A program made the position numbers and the translations under genes. The notes below the pieces were generated by a model. That model saw nothing but the letters and a program-made list of their open reading frames with translations, did no database searches and was not told the DNA's origin. This document shows, piece by piece, positions 13,190 through 25,425 of a stretch of DNA of 64,000 bases (position 1 is the first letter of the stretch; each line of letters opens with the position of its first letter). Source of the DNA: Nageia nagi (Eukaryota; Plantae; Pinophyta); the NCBI GenBank assembly GCA_050084985.1, contig JBITNC010000001.1:207328001-207392000 (forward strand). The letters are read 5' to 3'.

Positions 13190-15320
13190 ATCCTTATAAT
13201 CATTTCCCTTACCACCACCACAAATACTAGTCTCACCAATATCTTATCCCATTTTCATTGAATTCATACCCAAAATACTCTCTTACCTACCACTTGATTC
13301 TCTAAAGATGCAATTCTATGATGAGAGGATGTAGCTATAACACTCCTACTAGGAATAACTAGATTCTTGCCTTTGGATCCATTAGCATTGGTACCAACTT
13401 GAGTATCACTACTTATCACATAAGGAAGAGTACAAATATCCAAAGGAATGTAACCTAGAGGAGGTATTAGGTAATCCAAATTAGGAGCATATGTAAAAAC
13501 ACCCATAAGCTAAGTATTAGAGACATCTCAATAATAATCTCTTTTCCTGCATATATCTCTAATAAAAGAAGATTAATGTCACTTTGCTCCTCCTATGATA
13601 CCCTCAAATCCCATCTACTGATGTAAGGACTAGAATACTATCATAGGTTATATCTCTCTCATTCCTATCAACCATGTAATGGATTCCATCCTTATCTAAG
13701 TGTTTGAACTATTGTATCTAAGCTTGTAAAGTATGATTTTCCTAATAGGATTGATCAAATATAGATCAAGATTTTCCAAGTAAAATCTTGAGATCCTTAA
13801 TCTCACCTAATAAAGAATCATAACTTCACACAAGGGGTTGATCCCTCCTCCTCTAAAGCTCCCTCACCATGAGTAAAATCATCCTTAGCATAAAAATCCA
13901 TCTTAGGTACATCCTTAAGATAACCCATATCTACATTAGTTCCCTCCTCTCCAAGTGGCCCTACACCCACATCATCCACCCTCTATCATAATTGTCTACC
14001 CTAATGACCCTCTTTAAACTCCTCCATATTAGATGCCCACCATGCAACAAAGACCTCAATCACCTTGATATCATCATCATCTACATCCTCCTTTATATCC
14101 TCATCCCTAGTAGGATCTAGCTCAACATACATAAGAGGCTCAAGTCCATCCACAAAAATGATGCCCTCTATCTAATATTTATAGGCTTTGAAGGAACATA
14201 TTGGACTAAACCAAACTATCATATGATGTAATCAAATTAAAAAAACTCTAAAAAATCTATCCTAAGACCAAAAAGGACTCTGGCCTGATGGATGCCCATA
14301 AGTTCTACATCTAAGCCATCCCATATTAGATATTTCCTATAGTGATGGAACCTAACATGATTAGGTATAAGCTAGGTAAGCATCTTATGATATTACTGAA
14401 CATCTTGATGACTATAGTTAGTGGATGAATGTAATAATCCTCTCTCTATTTCAAAATCCTTATTGCATAATGAATATTAACTATAAATATTGGCATATGA
14501 ATTCCATGAGGATGTGCAATGGCTATGTACTCATATGTCCACAACTATAATATGATCATTATCATCAAAGAGATAATGTGTTCCTATGAAAAAAAGAATA
14601 AATCCATGTAATATTGAGCTAAAAAAGTAGAATCTAATGCAAATAATGTACCATGTTACATCATGTATGCAATAACTAGAATCAATGACCATGGGAATGG
14701 ACTACTCCTAATGTTAGGGAAAGCGTAATACTAAATTAAACCCATCAAATAGGATAACTTGATGCTCCCCTATTAATCATCTTGCTAATACTAGGAATAC
14801 CAAATACCACACAATTTGGTCTTGAATATGATGCTAGCAACTCTATCAATCCTATAAAAATAAGAAATGGTGGCTCAAGCATCATCTCTATCAATAATAT
14901 ACTAAATTCATTGACCATAGATGGGAAAATGGTAGATTTGATAGATATCCTTTATTGTAATCATCATATCCCATGTTAGGAGATAAAAGGTACAAGTGGT
15001 GGAATCCCACCTATCAAGAAAGGCTACCACAAAAGGGTACTCCCATTGAATTCAACCCATGAAGGGTCCAACTCTAAAACCCACACCCTAAAGAAAATTA
15101 TGAATTGCATCACTAAGGAATGGACATCCCTCATAAATAATAGTATGATAACAACCCCTAGGGTCAAAAATATCTCTCACCTAGAACACATGATAAGCTA
15201 AGTTAAAAAAAATTAACTTAAGGGTCATAAATCAATGACTTGGCAACCAAGATACAAAGTTGTTGGCATCCACTAGCTAAATATTGGTGACCCTCCCTTT
15301 AACTCTAATCAGCAATCATG
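13190..15320 (-). pseudogene. Plant Mobile Domain (PMD / aminotransferase-like) protein, antisense cargo of the retroelement
   Basis: Minus-strand translation gives DRWDSTTCTFYLLTWDMMITIKDIYQIYHFPIYG (cf. ERW..T.TFHLP.GEMTITLEDV) at ~15015-14915, and FALDSTFLAQYYMDL...IL*LWTYEYIAIAHP (cf. YAWG.A.LA.LYR.L...LLQ.WAWEHI) at ~14645-14510. ORF ends are approximate. Confidence 0.8.
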
Positions 15321-15492
15321 GTTGAAATAATAAAAAAAATGAAAATACTAAAAAATAAGCCTAAATTTAAAAATTAAATAGTTCAAAATCATCTAAGTAA
15401 CAAATTAATTAATCCTATAGTTTTAGTTTCTCTATTTTAGCTAAAAAAATGAATATTAAATAAAAAAATACCTTGTAAAATGTTGATGACTT

Positions 15493-15670
15493 TGTAAAAT
15501 CTCAAGAGGCCACAAAAAATACATTTTTTTAAAAGCCCTTCAAGAAAGATACCAAATCTATTGATTCATTTATATGACTATTTGAGTGACCACAAAAGAG
15601 TAATAAAATTTACATTGGTATTTAATGCAATTTATCTTATTTTCTAACAAGTTACATTTTTGGGTCAACA
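15493..15670 (+). repeat. Remnant (last ~180 bp) of the 3' LTR
   Basis: Aligns to 1134-1307 (aagcccttca...aatctattgatt.atttatatgactattt...tttttgg.tcaaca). The upstream ~720 bp of LTR and the PPT were not found. Confidence 0.75.
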
Positions 15671-15674
15671 TAAT

Positions 15675-15900
15675 CACTATAAGAAAATTAAGCTTTGAGG
15701 ATGGCTAATTTATGATAGTTATTTTAGGATGGTTGAAATCCTTATTAAAAAATTTCTTAAGATGGTAGTTTTATGCAATGATTTAAAATCACCCTTTAAA
15801 ATCCCTAAGAAGTTACTTTAAAATTTCCCTAAAAAACTATCTTCTAAAATCCCTTATAAGGCAATTTAATCTATCCTATAAAAAACCACCTTCAAAAAGT
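15675..15900. repeat. Left TIR and subterminal repeats of the CACTA element
   Basis: gaggatggc, taggatggtt, aaaatcaccct, aaaatttccct, aaaaccacctt read as decayed AGGGCGGTTTT/AAAACCGCCCT in both orientations. Confidence 0.7.
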
Positions 15901-16009
15901 AAACAAGAAGAAGAAAAATCATAGGTAGGAAGGATTTGTGCAAGAAAGAAGGGGAAATATAATTCCATAATGTAGGATAAAAAAAATAAATATAATTTCA
16001 TGGATTACA

Positions 16010-16302
16010 ATCATGTCATATGCATAAAATTAATTTTTTGAAGGCTTTAGAGACTTTTAAGAAGATCTAGGTATAAAGCTAAAATCTGCAACCTTTTCAC
16101 ATTCTTCTAATATGTTCCACCATGGTAACCCTAGAATAAGTTATGGACATACATTAATACAAGTATTATATGTAAAGCCATGATTATAATACAATTCTTA
16201 GATGTAAATCCAAACTCTATAACCTTTTATGACATTCTTCCAACATGTACCACCATGGGAGTTCTAGAAGAAGGTATGGACATCTATTAAAGAGTAGCTG
16301 AA
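16010..16302 (+). pseudogene. PLS-class PPR fragment (5' part, interrupted by the CRM-like element)
   Basis: ISWITIMSYA...; DVNPNSITFYDILPTCTTMGVLEEGMDIY*RVAE. Continues at 22041. Confidence 0.8.
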
Positions 16303-16891
16303 TGATGCACCTAAAAATGATCATAACTTTTGATTTGACCATAAAATCTTCTTAAAATTTTGAGAAGAGCTAGATATCAATTTTCATGATACAACTAACA
16401 CCTCCAATAGGAATGTTTTTTTATTGGCCTTAACCCATCATTTAGTGCCCCAAAATTAGCTTTTACTATCATTTTTCAAGATTTTCCAATAAGTAGACTT
16501 TAATATCTTTTGTTGTAGAATTTGTTTAGGAGAAATATCTTTTGTTGTAGAATTTTTTTAGGAGAATAAATTAGGGAGCACCTTAGTTCATGTTAATTGG
16601 GCTTGTATACCAATTTTGGCTATAATCTGAAGAAATTTTTATTTTTAGAAACTTTTTATCTTTAGAAACTTTCTATTTTTAGTAATATCTTGGTTTCTAA
16701 TTTATTCATTATTTTTTTGAATTAGAGTTTCCCTCTTTATATATTAACTATTGTAACATACATGAAAAAGTAGTATAGATTCAAAATAATAAAGAATTCT
16801 TGTTGTGAATTTTATTCTTCCATTGATTTGCTTCTTGTGTAAATAAATTTTTTTGTAGATTTATTTTGATCTCTTACAGGAATTCACACCA
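16303..16891 (+). repeat. 5' LTR (589 bp) of the CRM-like element
   Basis: Direct repeat of 21495-22035. Carries an extra ~32-bp tandem duplication (tatcttttgttgtagaattt.tttaggagaa x2) and an extra ~17-bp unit. Confidence 0.92.
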
Positions 16892-16973
16892 TTTAGTATC
16901 AGAGAGGGTGTGATATCACTAGGGGAGAAAAGATACCACCTAGGAGAGCAGCTAGAGCACCTAGAGGTGCCTA

Positions 16974-19900
16974 TGTCCAAATGAATAGATAAATCAAGGA
17001 TCTATAGGATGAAATAACATGACTAACTAGTGCAATCAAGCATATGGTAGAGAGAAATATAAATGCCCATGTAGATATAGGATTTGATGATGAAAATAAG
17101 GTCGATGAAGTTGGACATGAGGTCAAGATGGATGTAGAACTAGAAGATTCAATGGAAGATGGGAAACATTTTGAGAATTGATTGATACAGGCTCTAGAAG
17201 GGCATAAAGGAAATAGTGAAGGGATCAATTTGAGAATATTGAGTATGTTGGTGGGTTATAACAAGAGGAGTTGATTAATTGGGTAAATAGTCTAGAAAAA
17301 TATTTTGAATGGAATAACATTGCTAAAGAAAAGAAGTTAAATATTTCATGCATAAAGTTGAAGTGGCATGCATTAATCTGGTGGGATCACCTACAAAATA
17401 CATGATAGAGGAATGGAAAGGATAGAATTAGAGATTGGACCAAAATGAAGAAGTTAGAAGGAAAATTTGTACCTATGGACTATTCCTAGAACCTATTTTG
17501 CCAATTCCATAACCTATGATAAAAGGAACAAAGCATTGAGGACTACACCAACAACTTTTACAAGCTATCCATTCAAATAGAACCTAATGAAATAGAGGAC
17601 CAAAAGGTTGCAAGGTATGTAAATGTTCTAAGCTTTATTATTCAATATGAAATTAACATGCATTGTACTCCTATTGTGGAGGATCCATATCAAATAGCCC
17701 TAAAGGGTGAGGAAAAAGTTAGAAGGACTAATAGAGAAAGAAAGAAGGGATTCACACCTTCAAATTAGGGATGAGAAGGATCAAATTTCTCTAAGGGAGA
17801 ATCTTTAGTACCTACTAAATAAGAAGAGGTCAGCCAAAATTAGAGTAAGAGTTTACCCTAGAGGAAGGGGTAATGGAGGAGGTTATTCTAGTACTATCAC
17901 ATGGAAATCATTCATCTATTATAGATGTCATGAAGAAGGTCATAAGGCATATGATTGTCCCTAATATAATGTTAAAGAGAGGGGAAATGATAAGGTTATT
18001 CTAGTTGAGGAGGAGGTTGAAACATTTGTAGATATGGGTGAAAACTTAATGATAAGAAGGACTTAATTATTCCAAGGGAGGGAAACATGTGAGTTAAGGA
18101 TAGTGAAAATTATTGGTTGCATACCAATGTATTTTGTATAAGATACACAATAGGAGGAAAGGTATGTAACATAGTATTGGATGGTGGTAGTTGTAAAAAT
18201 ATGGTATCTATTATAATGGTTGATAAATTAAATCTCAAATGTAAGAAGCACCCATGTTCATATTGTGTTTCATGGATCAAGAAGGGAAATGAACTAATTA
18301 TTGATAAGAAGTGTCTAGTGAAATTTTCCATTAGAGACACTTATAAGGATGAGGTATGGTATGATGTAATTCCCATGGATGTTTGTCATATATTATTAGG
18401 GAGACCATGGCATTTTGATAGGAATACCTATCATGATGGAAGCAAGAACACTTAACATTCTACAAAATTGGTGTAAAGGTGGTTCTTTTACCCTTAAGGA
18501 AGAAGCCCAAGGATAAAGTTTTTTTACTACAAAAAGACTTATCACATAGGCATGAGAAATTAGTTGGTTTTATGCATTAACCACCCAAAATATAGAAATA
18601 TGGGAAATCCTTATACCACATGTAGTGATGAAGTTGCTAAAGGAATATGTAGATGTCATACCAGAGGAATTACCATAAGGATTACCATAAAAAAAGGATA
18701 TCCAACCCCATATTGATTTAATCCTAGGATCATCTCTTCCAAAATTAGGTAGCCTATCGATTGAGCCCAAAATAGAATGCTAAAATGAATAAAAATGTAA
18801 TAGAATTGATACAAAAGGGATTGGTTAGGGAGAGTATGAGTCCTTGTACAACTCCTACACTTTTGATTCCTAGGAAGGATGGCTCATGGTGGATGTATGT
18901 TAATAGTAGAGCTATCAACAAAATCATCATCAGATATGGATTTCTAATGCCAAGGATTGATGATATGATGGATGCATTGGTTGGGTCTAATTACTTCAAT
19001 AAGATTGATATGAGGAGTGGCTATTACCATATTCAAATTCAAGGGTGATAAATAGAAGATAGCCTTTAATACTTGAGATGGATTGTACAAATTAATGGTG
19101 ACTCCATTTGGGTTATTTAATGCACTAAGTACCTTCATGTGGTTGATGAATAGAGTGTTACGAGAATATAGTGGTAAGTTTTTAATGGTCTACTTTGATG
19201 ATATTTTAATTTTTAGTAAGACTACAAAAGAACACTTGTTTAACTTAAAGTTGGTTTTAGATTTGTTAAGGAAGGAGAAATTATATGCCAATATGAAGAA
19301 ATGTAGCTTCCTTCAAGAGAGCTTAGTATTTTTGGGGTTTGTAGTTTCAAAAGATGGTCTCAAAATGGATGAAGAAAAGGTGAATACAATTATCAAGTGG
19401 CCTATCCAAAGAAATGTAATAAAGGTATGAAATTTCCATGGATTGGAAACTTTTTATAGTAAATTTATTAGAAATTTTAGTAGCATTACTTCCACCATCA
19501 TAGAATGTATAAAGGGAAGGGAATTTCTATGGATAGAGGAAGCTACTAGGAGTTTTGAGCTTTTGAAAAAGAAGGTAACAACAACACCTATCTTAGTGTT
19601 AGTAGATTTTGACAAGCTATTTGAGGTTGATTGTGATGCCTCACATATTAGAATTGGAGCTATGTTGAGGCAAGAAGAAAGACCAGTAGCATTCTTTAGT
19701 GAGAAATTAAATGAGGTGAGGAAGAACCACTCCACTTATGATGTTGAATTATATTTTATTATATAGGAATTAAGATATTGGCATCATTACCTACTATCTA
19801 AGGAATTTGTGCTTTTTACTAAACATGAAGCATTATGGTTTATCAATTCCTAAAAGAAAGTGGATAAAAGGCATGCAATATAGGTATCCTTTTTTAAGAG

Positions 19901-21432
19901 TATGAATTTACTTTGAAGCATAAATTAAGAAAATATAATAAAGTGGTTTATGCATTGAGTAGGAGATCATTGTTGTTGACAACCATGGAAAATGTAGTAA
20001 TCAAATTTAAGGATATCAAAGATATGTATGAAGATGATGTTGATTTTGGACCTATTATGTAACAGTTTAACAATCCAACCATATGTCATATTGGTAGTAT
20101 TTTTTAGAATACATTATGTAGGATGGCTACTTGTTTAGGTGTACATAATTATGTATTTCAACTAGTTCTTTGTGAGAGAATATCTTGAGAGAGCTTCATA
20201 GTGGAGGTTTGGCATGACACTTTGGGGTAGACAAGACATTGGTGCTTGTTGCAAAAAAGTACTGCTAGCCAAAGCTAAGGAGAAATGTGACTAGATTTGT
20301 AAGTCAATGTAGAATATGCCAAATGACAAAAGACCATGCCCAAAATACCAGCTTGTATGTGCCTTTTCCTATTCCCACTAGAGCATAGAATGACTTAAGC
20401 ATGGAATTTATGTTGGGATTACCACATACTCAATGATAAGGAATCCATCTTTGTTGTTTTTAATAGGTTCACTAAGATGGCCCATTTCATTGCATGCCAA
20501 AAGATAGAGGATGCCACTAATGTTGTAGTCCTATTTTTTAATGAAATTATAAGGTTACATGGTGTTCCAAAATCCATTACCTTAGATTGAGATATCAAAT
20601 TCTTAAGCCACTTTTGGAGGACATTAAGGAAAAATTTGGATACATAATTACATTTCAACAATGCTTATCATCCATAAATTGATGGACATATAGAGGTTGT
20701 ATATTGTATCTTGGGAAATCTATTAAGGTGTATAGTTGGTATGAAACCAAAGTAATGAGATTGAGCCTTAGGAAAATCAGAATTGGCATATAATAGTTTA
20801 GTAAATAATTCAATAGGAAAATATCCTTTACAAAAATTTTATGGTCAAAATCTCAAGGGTGTCCTTGACTTAGTTGAGTTACCAATCATAGAAAATGTTA
20901 GTGATGATGTAGAGGGATTTATAGAGCACATACAACAACTATAGGAGGAGGTTCAAGCACAATTACAAAAGAATAATAATAAGTATGAAGTAGTCATAGA
21001 TGCACATAGGAGAGGAAAGATATTTTAATAAGGTAACATAGTGGTGGTCCACCTTCGTAAAGAGAGATTTCCCAAAGGCACCTAAAACAAGTTGAAGCTG
21101 AAGAAGATTGGTCCATGTTGAATTCTTGAGAAAAGAAACAACAATGCAAATAAGGTGTAATTACCAAAGGATTTAGATATTTCACCTATTTTTAATGTCT
21201 TTGATTTATATTGATTCCATGGTGATGTTGAAGATGTTGAGCTAGAAATTCCTATACAATGAAAATAACAAATTCCTAAGAAAAAAAGGAACACATTACA
21301 TAGATCCTTGATTAGAAAGTGTTTAGCACTCAGCATGGAAACTATACCAAGTACTTGGTCCAATGGGAAGGGTTATCAATATCAAATAATACATGGGTTT
21401 TAAAAGGGGAAGTAAAGAGGATTTCCAATGAT
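16974..21432 (+). pseudogene. gag-pol polyprotein (gag, zinc knuckle, PR, RT, RH, INT, chromodomain)
   Basis: HALIWWDHL; YYRCHEEGHKAYDCP; GKVCNIVLDGGSCKNMVS...DVIPMDVCHILLGRPWHFD; SPCTTPTLLIPRKDGSW; [10 protein letters not shown]; FEVDCDASHIRIGAML; [15 protein letters not shown]; ILD*KVFSTQHGNYTKYLVQWEGLSISNNTWV. Confidence 0.93.
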
Positions 21433-21494
21433 AAACTTCAATAATTTCATCAACAAAACTCATAGGAGCTAAGTTCATTTCAACTAAAGGAGAA

Positions 21495-22035
21495 TGATAC
21501 ACCTTCAAATGATCATAACTTTTGATGTGAACATTAGATTGTCTTGAAAGTTTTAGGAGAGCTAGATACAAATTCTCATGATTTGGCTAACACCTCCAAT
21601 AGGACAGTTTTTTTATTAGCCTAAATCCATCATTTAATGCCCCAAAATTAGCTTTTAATATCATTTTTCAAGATTTTTCAATAAGTAGACTTTAATATCT
21701 TTTATTGTAGAATTTGTTTAGAGAATAAATTGGGGAGCACCTTAGTCCATGTTAACTAGGCTTGTATGCCAAGTTTGGCTACAATCTGAAGAACTTTCTA
21801 TTTTTAGAAACTTTCTATTTTTAGTAATGTCTTGGTTTCTAGTCTATTTGTTATTTTTTTTGAATCAAAGTTTCATTATTTCTATATTAGCTATTGTAAT
21901 TGACCTAAAAAAGCTAGCATAAATTCATAATAATAAAGAATTTTTGTTGTGAATTTTATTCTTCCATTTATTTTCTTATTATGTAAATCAATATTTTTGG
22001 AGATTTATTTTGATCTCTTGTAGGAATATGCACCA
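21495..22035 (+). repeat. 3' LTR (541 bp) of the CRM-like element
   Basis: tgatacacc...tgcacca, preceded by the PPT. Confidence 0.92.
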
Positions 22036-22390
22036 TTTAAAATAGTTTTTCATTGAATTCTATGGCTATGAGTACTTTTCTACATATGTATAAAAATATG
22101 GAAGAATACACAAGGTTGATAATTATTAGATAAGATTCATGATGTAAACATATTTTATGGAATGCAATGATTGGTGGATATGTAATTGATGAATACACTA
22201 AGCATGCCCTATCTTTGATATGATGAAGCACTCAAAAGATAACCCTAATAGCATAACATTTGTATGTCTTCTACTTGCATTCAATTATGTAACTCTAGTG
22301 GATTAAGTTTGTAAATACCTTAATAGCATGCGTGACTGTTATTGCATTCTATCTAGAATGAATAATTATTATGCATTATTGGCCATTTCT
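22036..22390 (+). pseudogene. PLS-class PPR fragment (continuation of 16010-16302)
   Basis: NSFSLNSMAMSTFLHMY..., LWNAMIGGYVI..., NPNSITFVCLLLAFNYVTLVD*VCKYLNSMRDCYCI (with frameshifts). Confidence 0.85.
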
Positions 22391-22929
22391 ATTCAGTAAT
22401 CATTAACTTATGATTTTATTTATGTATTAAATTAGAAATAAATTATGTTATGTATATATTTCATATGAATAATAATTTCTTGTACAATTTATATAGGTGA
22501 ATAATGAAACATGTATTGCTAATGTTGTAGGTTATGTTCAAATGAGAAGGATTCATATTAGGGTTGAGAATGGACAATTACATGTTTAATGATATTAGAG
22601 TCATAGAGTTTATCAATTTATAGATTGAAACCATGCATGATTTACCTATATTAGTTACCCCATATTGGATTTCTCCCTCCTAAAAGCTTTTTCTCCTCCT
22701 TGGAAGGAATTCTCCCAATAAAAACTTCATATAGCCAAAACAAACTCCAATTCCAATATTGACCTTTATCATGTTGAGGATTTTATGTACAAATCCTTTT
22801 TCTTGACTCTAAATGAATTAGATAAATTAAATAAACATATAATGGTGGATGGATAAAAAAAAGTACACAACCTTAGAAGTATTATCAACTCATTGTGGCA
22901 TTCTCATAGTAAGGCTATGAGAATGGTAC

Positions 22930-24341
22930 CTTTGCAATCATTCTTCCAACATGTACCACCATAGGAGCTCTAGAATAAGATATGTATATCCATAATAGAT
23001 TAGTTTAAAATGATTTTTTTTATCAAATGTTATGGTTGTGAGTTCCTTGAGAGATATTTATATACAATGTGAAAGAATATATAATTATTGGGAATAATTT
23101 GACAAAATACCATATCTAAATGCAACCTCATGTACTATAATGATCATAAGATATGCACAAAATGAGTTTTTTGAAAAGGCCCTAGAGACTTATAAGAAAA
23201 TGAAATTGTCAAGAGTAAAGCTAAATTCTACAACCTGTCTTAGCATTCTTCTAACATCTGCCACTATGGGAGATTTAGAAGAATATTAGGATATCCATCA
23301 AAGAGTAGTTGAAAATGGTTTTTGATTGAATGTTGTGGTTGTGAGTTCCCTGATAAACATGTGTACAAAATATGTAAGAATATATAAGAATCAAGAACTA
23401 TTTGACAAGATTCATGATGCAAATATAATTTCATAAAATGCAATGATTAAAAGATATGTAATTCATGGTTACAACAAGGATGACTTTAAACACTTTGATT
23501 TGATGAAGTACTTGGGAATCATGATAACGTAACCTTTATATGTGTTCTACTTGCATGAAACCATGCAAGTATAGTGGATAAGGGATGTAACTACTTTAAT
23601 AATGAATGAATCTTATTACATTATTCTTGGGTTGTATCATTATACATTCATTATTGACCTTCTTGGCCATGTAGGCTATCTTGAGGAAGCTTTGAAATTT
23701 ATTGTCAAGATTCCCATAAAAATTAATTTAGGTGTGTGGATGTTTCTTCTTTGTGTTTTTAGATCACATAAAAATGTAGGAATAGGAAAATTTATAGAAA
23801 AATCATTTTTTCTAAAGCCCCAAATTGCTTCATCTTGTATTCTTATTTCAAATATTTATGCTAAATTGGGAATTTAGGATGATGTTGAATGAGTAAGGAC
23901 ATTAATAAAAAAATAGAGGAATCAATAAGACACATGGATGCAGTTGAATTGAGGTTGATAAAAGGGTACATGCTTTTCCTTTAGGAGATAAATCACACCC
24001 ACAAAAATAGGAGATATATTAAAAATTAGAGAAATTATTAAGATAGATGAAAGCAATATATTATATTCCAAACACAATACTTGTATTACATGATGTGGAG
24101 GTTGATGATAAAGAATTTCTTCTCTACCATCATAGTAGAAAGTTGGAAATTACATTCAAGTTATTGATGAATCCTTGTTAGAGTTATTATTAGAGTTGTA
24201 AAGAACCTTTGAGTATGTGATGACTACCATACTACAACTAATTTTATTTCTAAGATTATTACAAGTGATATTGTTATGAGGGATGTGAGTTGATTACATC
24301 ATTTCAAACATGGAAAATATTCTTATGGAGTTTATTAGTGA
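22930..24341 (+). pseudogene. PPR-E-DYW RNA-editing factor pseudogene (C-terminal ~470 codons)
   Basis: PLS repeats; HYTFIIDLLGHVGYLEEALKFIVKIP; ILISNIYAKLG; GCS*IEVDKRVHAFPLGDKSHPQ; HHSRKLEITF; IRVVKNL*VCDDYHTTTNFISKI; HHFKHGKYSYGVY** (decayed HHFKDGxCSCGDYW*). Confidence 0.92.
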
Positions 24342-24399
24342 TGTAGAGTAATGCAAGATATAATGAGTCTTGCATAATGACATGTTGTATGACCTTATA

Positions 24400-24985
24400 T
24401 AGAATGGAAATCATGTTTCATTTTATTTTATTTTTCAAAAAGTGTCGTTATTAAATATTTGAACAAATAGAAAATGCTATTGATTGTTGATATCATATTA
24501 TCAAGTGAATGTAACTATTTACATATATTTATGTGGCATTTGTAAAATATTTATGTTTAATATAATGGAGTCATGGTATTGAACTATTTTTCAATAATCT
24601 TGTACAATAATAATGTGAAGAGCTGGAGAAGGAGGTGAAAGAATCATAAGGAATGAAAGGAGACATATTTCAAGGAAACAAAAAATACATGATGGATAAT
24701 AAATATAAGATAAGGGATCACAAGTAACCCTATAATCTGGTAGGAAGAAAGTAGAGAAACTCTTAATTGTACTTTTCTCCTTCCTTATTATTTTATGTAG
24801 TTATTTTATTTATAATCATTATATTAACTTATGCCTATGTTTGCACTAGTCATCTAGATCCAAATTCTATATATTAATTTCTTTATAGGTTGATTCAGAT
24901 TTCACATTATCTATAGATAAAAATACCAAGAATATTTTGGGTAAAATTAGTTAACTAGTAAACATTATTGTATAGATTTTATTAT
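24400..24985 (+). repeat. Post-DYW module, copy 1 (exon-like block plus a ~240-bp unit)
   Basis: Colinear with 28704-29282 (e.g. gaagagct.gagaaggaggt; tttctttataggttgat.ca.attt). Confidence 0.75.
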
Positions 24986-25004
24986 TTAAACTCTTTAGAT
25001 ATAG

Positions 25005-25425
25005 AATTGAAAATTTTGGTCCATAATGCCTACAAAACTTAAATTTGATGTGTGGAAATGTCTAATTGATGCTTTTAGATCACATAAGAATGTAGAAATA
25101 GGGGAATTTATGGAAATAATTATTTTTTTATTTAAGCTTAAAAATTATCCATCTTGTGTTCTTATTTCAAATATCTATAGGGAAGTAGGAAACTAGGATG
25201 ATGTTTAAATAGTAAGGACATTAATCAAAGATAGAGGAACCAAGAAGATACCTAGATGTTGTTTGATTGAAGTTGACAAAAGGGTACATTATTTTCTTAT
25301 AAGAGACTAATCACACCCATAAACACATGAGATCTATTGAAAATTGGAGAAACTATGAAGTGATATGATGGAAACAACATTATTCTAAATAAAATACCAA
25401 CATTATGTGATATGGAGGCTATTGA
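25005..25425 (+). pseudogene. Second PPR E1/E2/E+ fragment
   Basis: MPTKLKFDVWKCLIDAFRSHKNVEIGEF...VLISNIYREVGN*DDV*IVRTLIKDRGTKKIPRCCLIEVDKRVHYFLIRD*SHP*THEIY; paralogous to 23700-24105. Confidence 0.88.

Larger units (their letters stand above)
409..15670 (+). mobile_element. Decayed Ty3/gypsy LTR retrotransposon, Tat/Ogre lineage (gag-RT-RH-aRH-INT plus antisense PMD ORF); 3' LTR truncated
   Basis: Starts tatagacacccaaaag (TG>TA decayed) and ends ttttgggtcaaca. Flanked by caatc (404-408) / taatc (15671-15675). 1134-1307 matches 15493-15670. Domain order RT-RH-aRH-INT. Confidence 0.85.
16303..22035 (+). mobile_element. Full-length decayed Ty3/gypsy chromovirus, CRM-like clade, with chromodomain
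   Basis: Paired LTRs (tgat...cca), PBS tagtatcagag (tRNA-Met type, 16894-16904), PPT aaaggagaa (21486-21494), degenerate TSD ctgaa/tttaa (both one change from ttgaa). Confidence 0.93.

Noticed and set aside
5783-21571. Minus-strand ORFs opposite pol regions (e.g. 5783, 6407, 7895, 18110, 18944, 19454, 20419, 21082)
   Set aside because: Antisense shadows of decayed polyproteins.
22930-24341. Functional PPR-DYW gene
   Set aside because: Numerous stops and frameshifts, no N-terminus, and catalytic residues lost.
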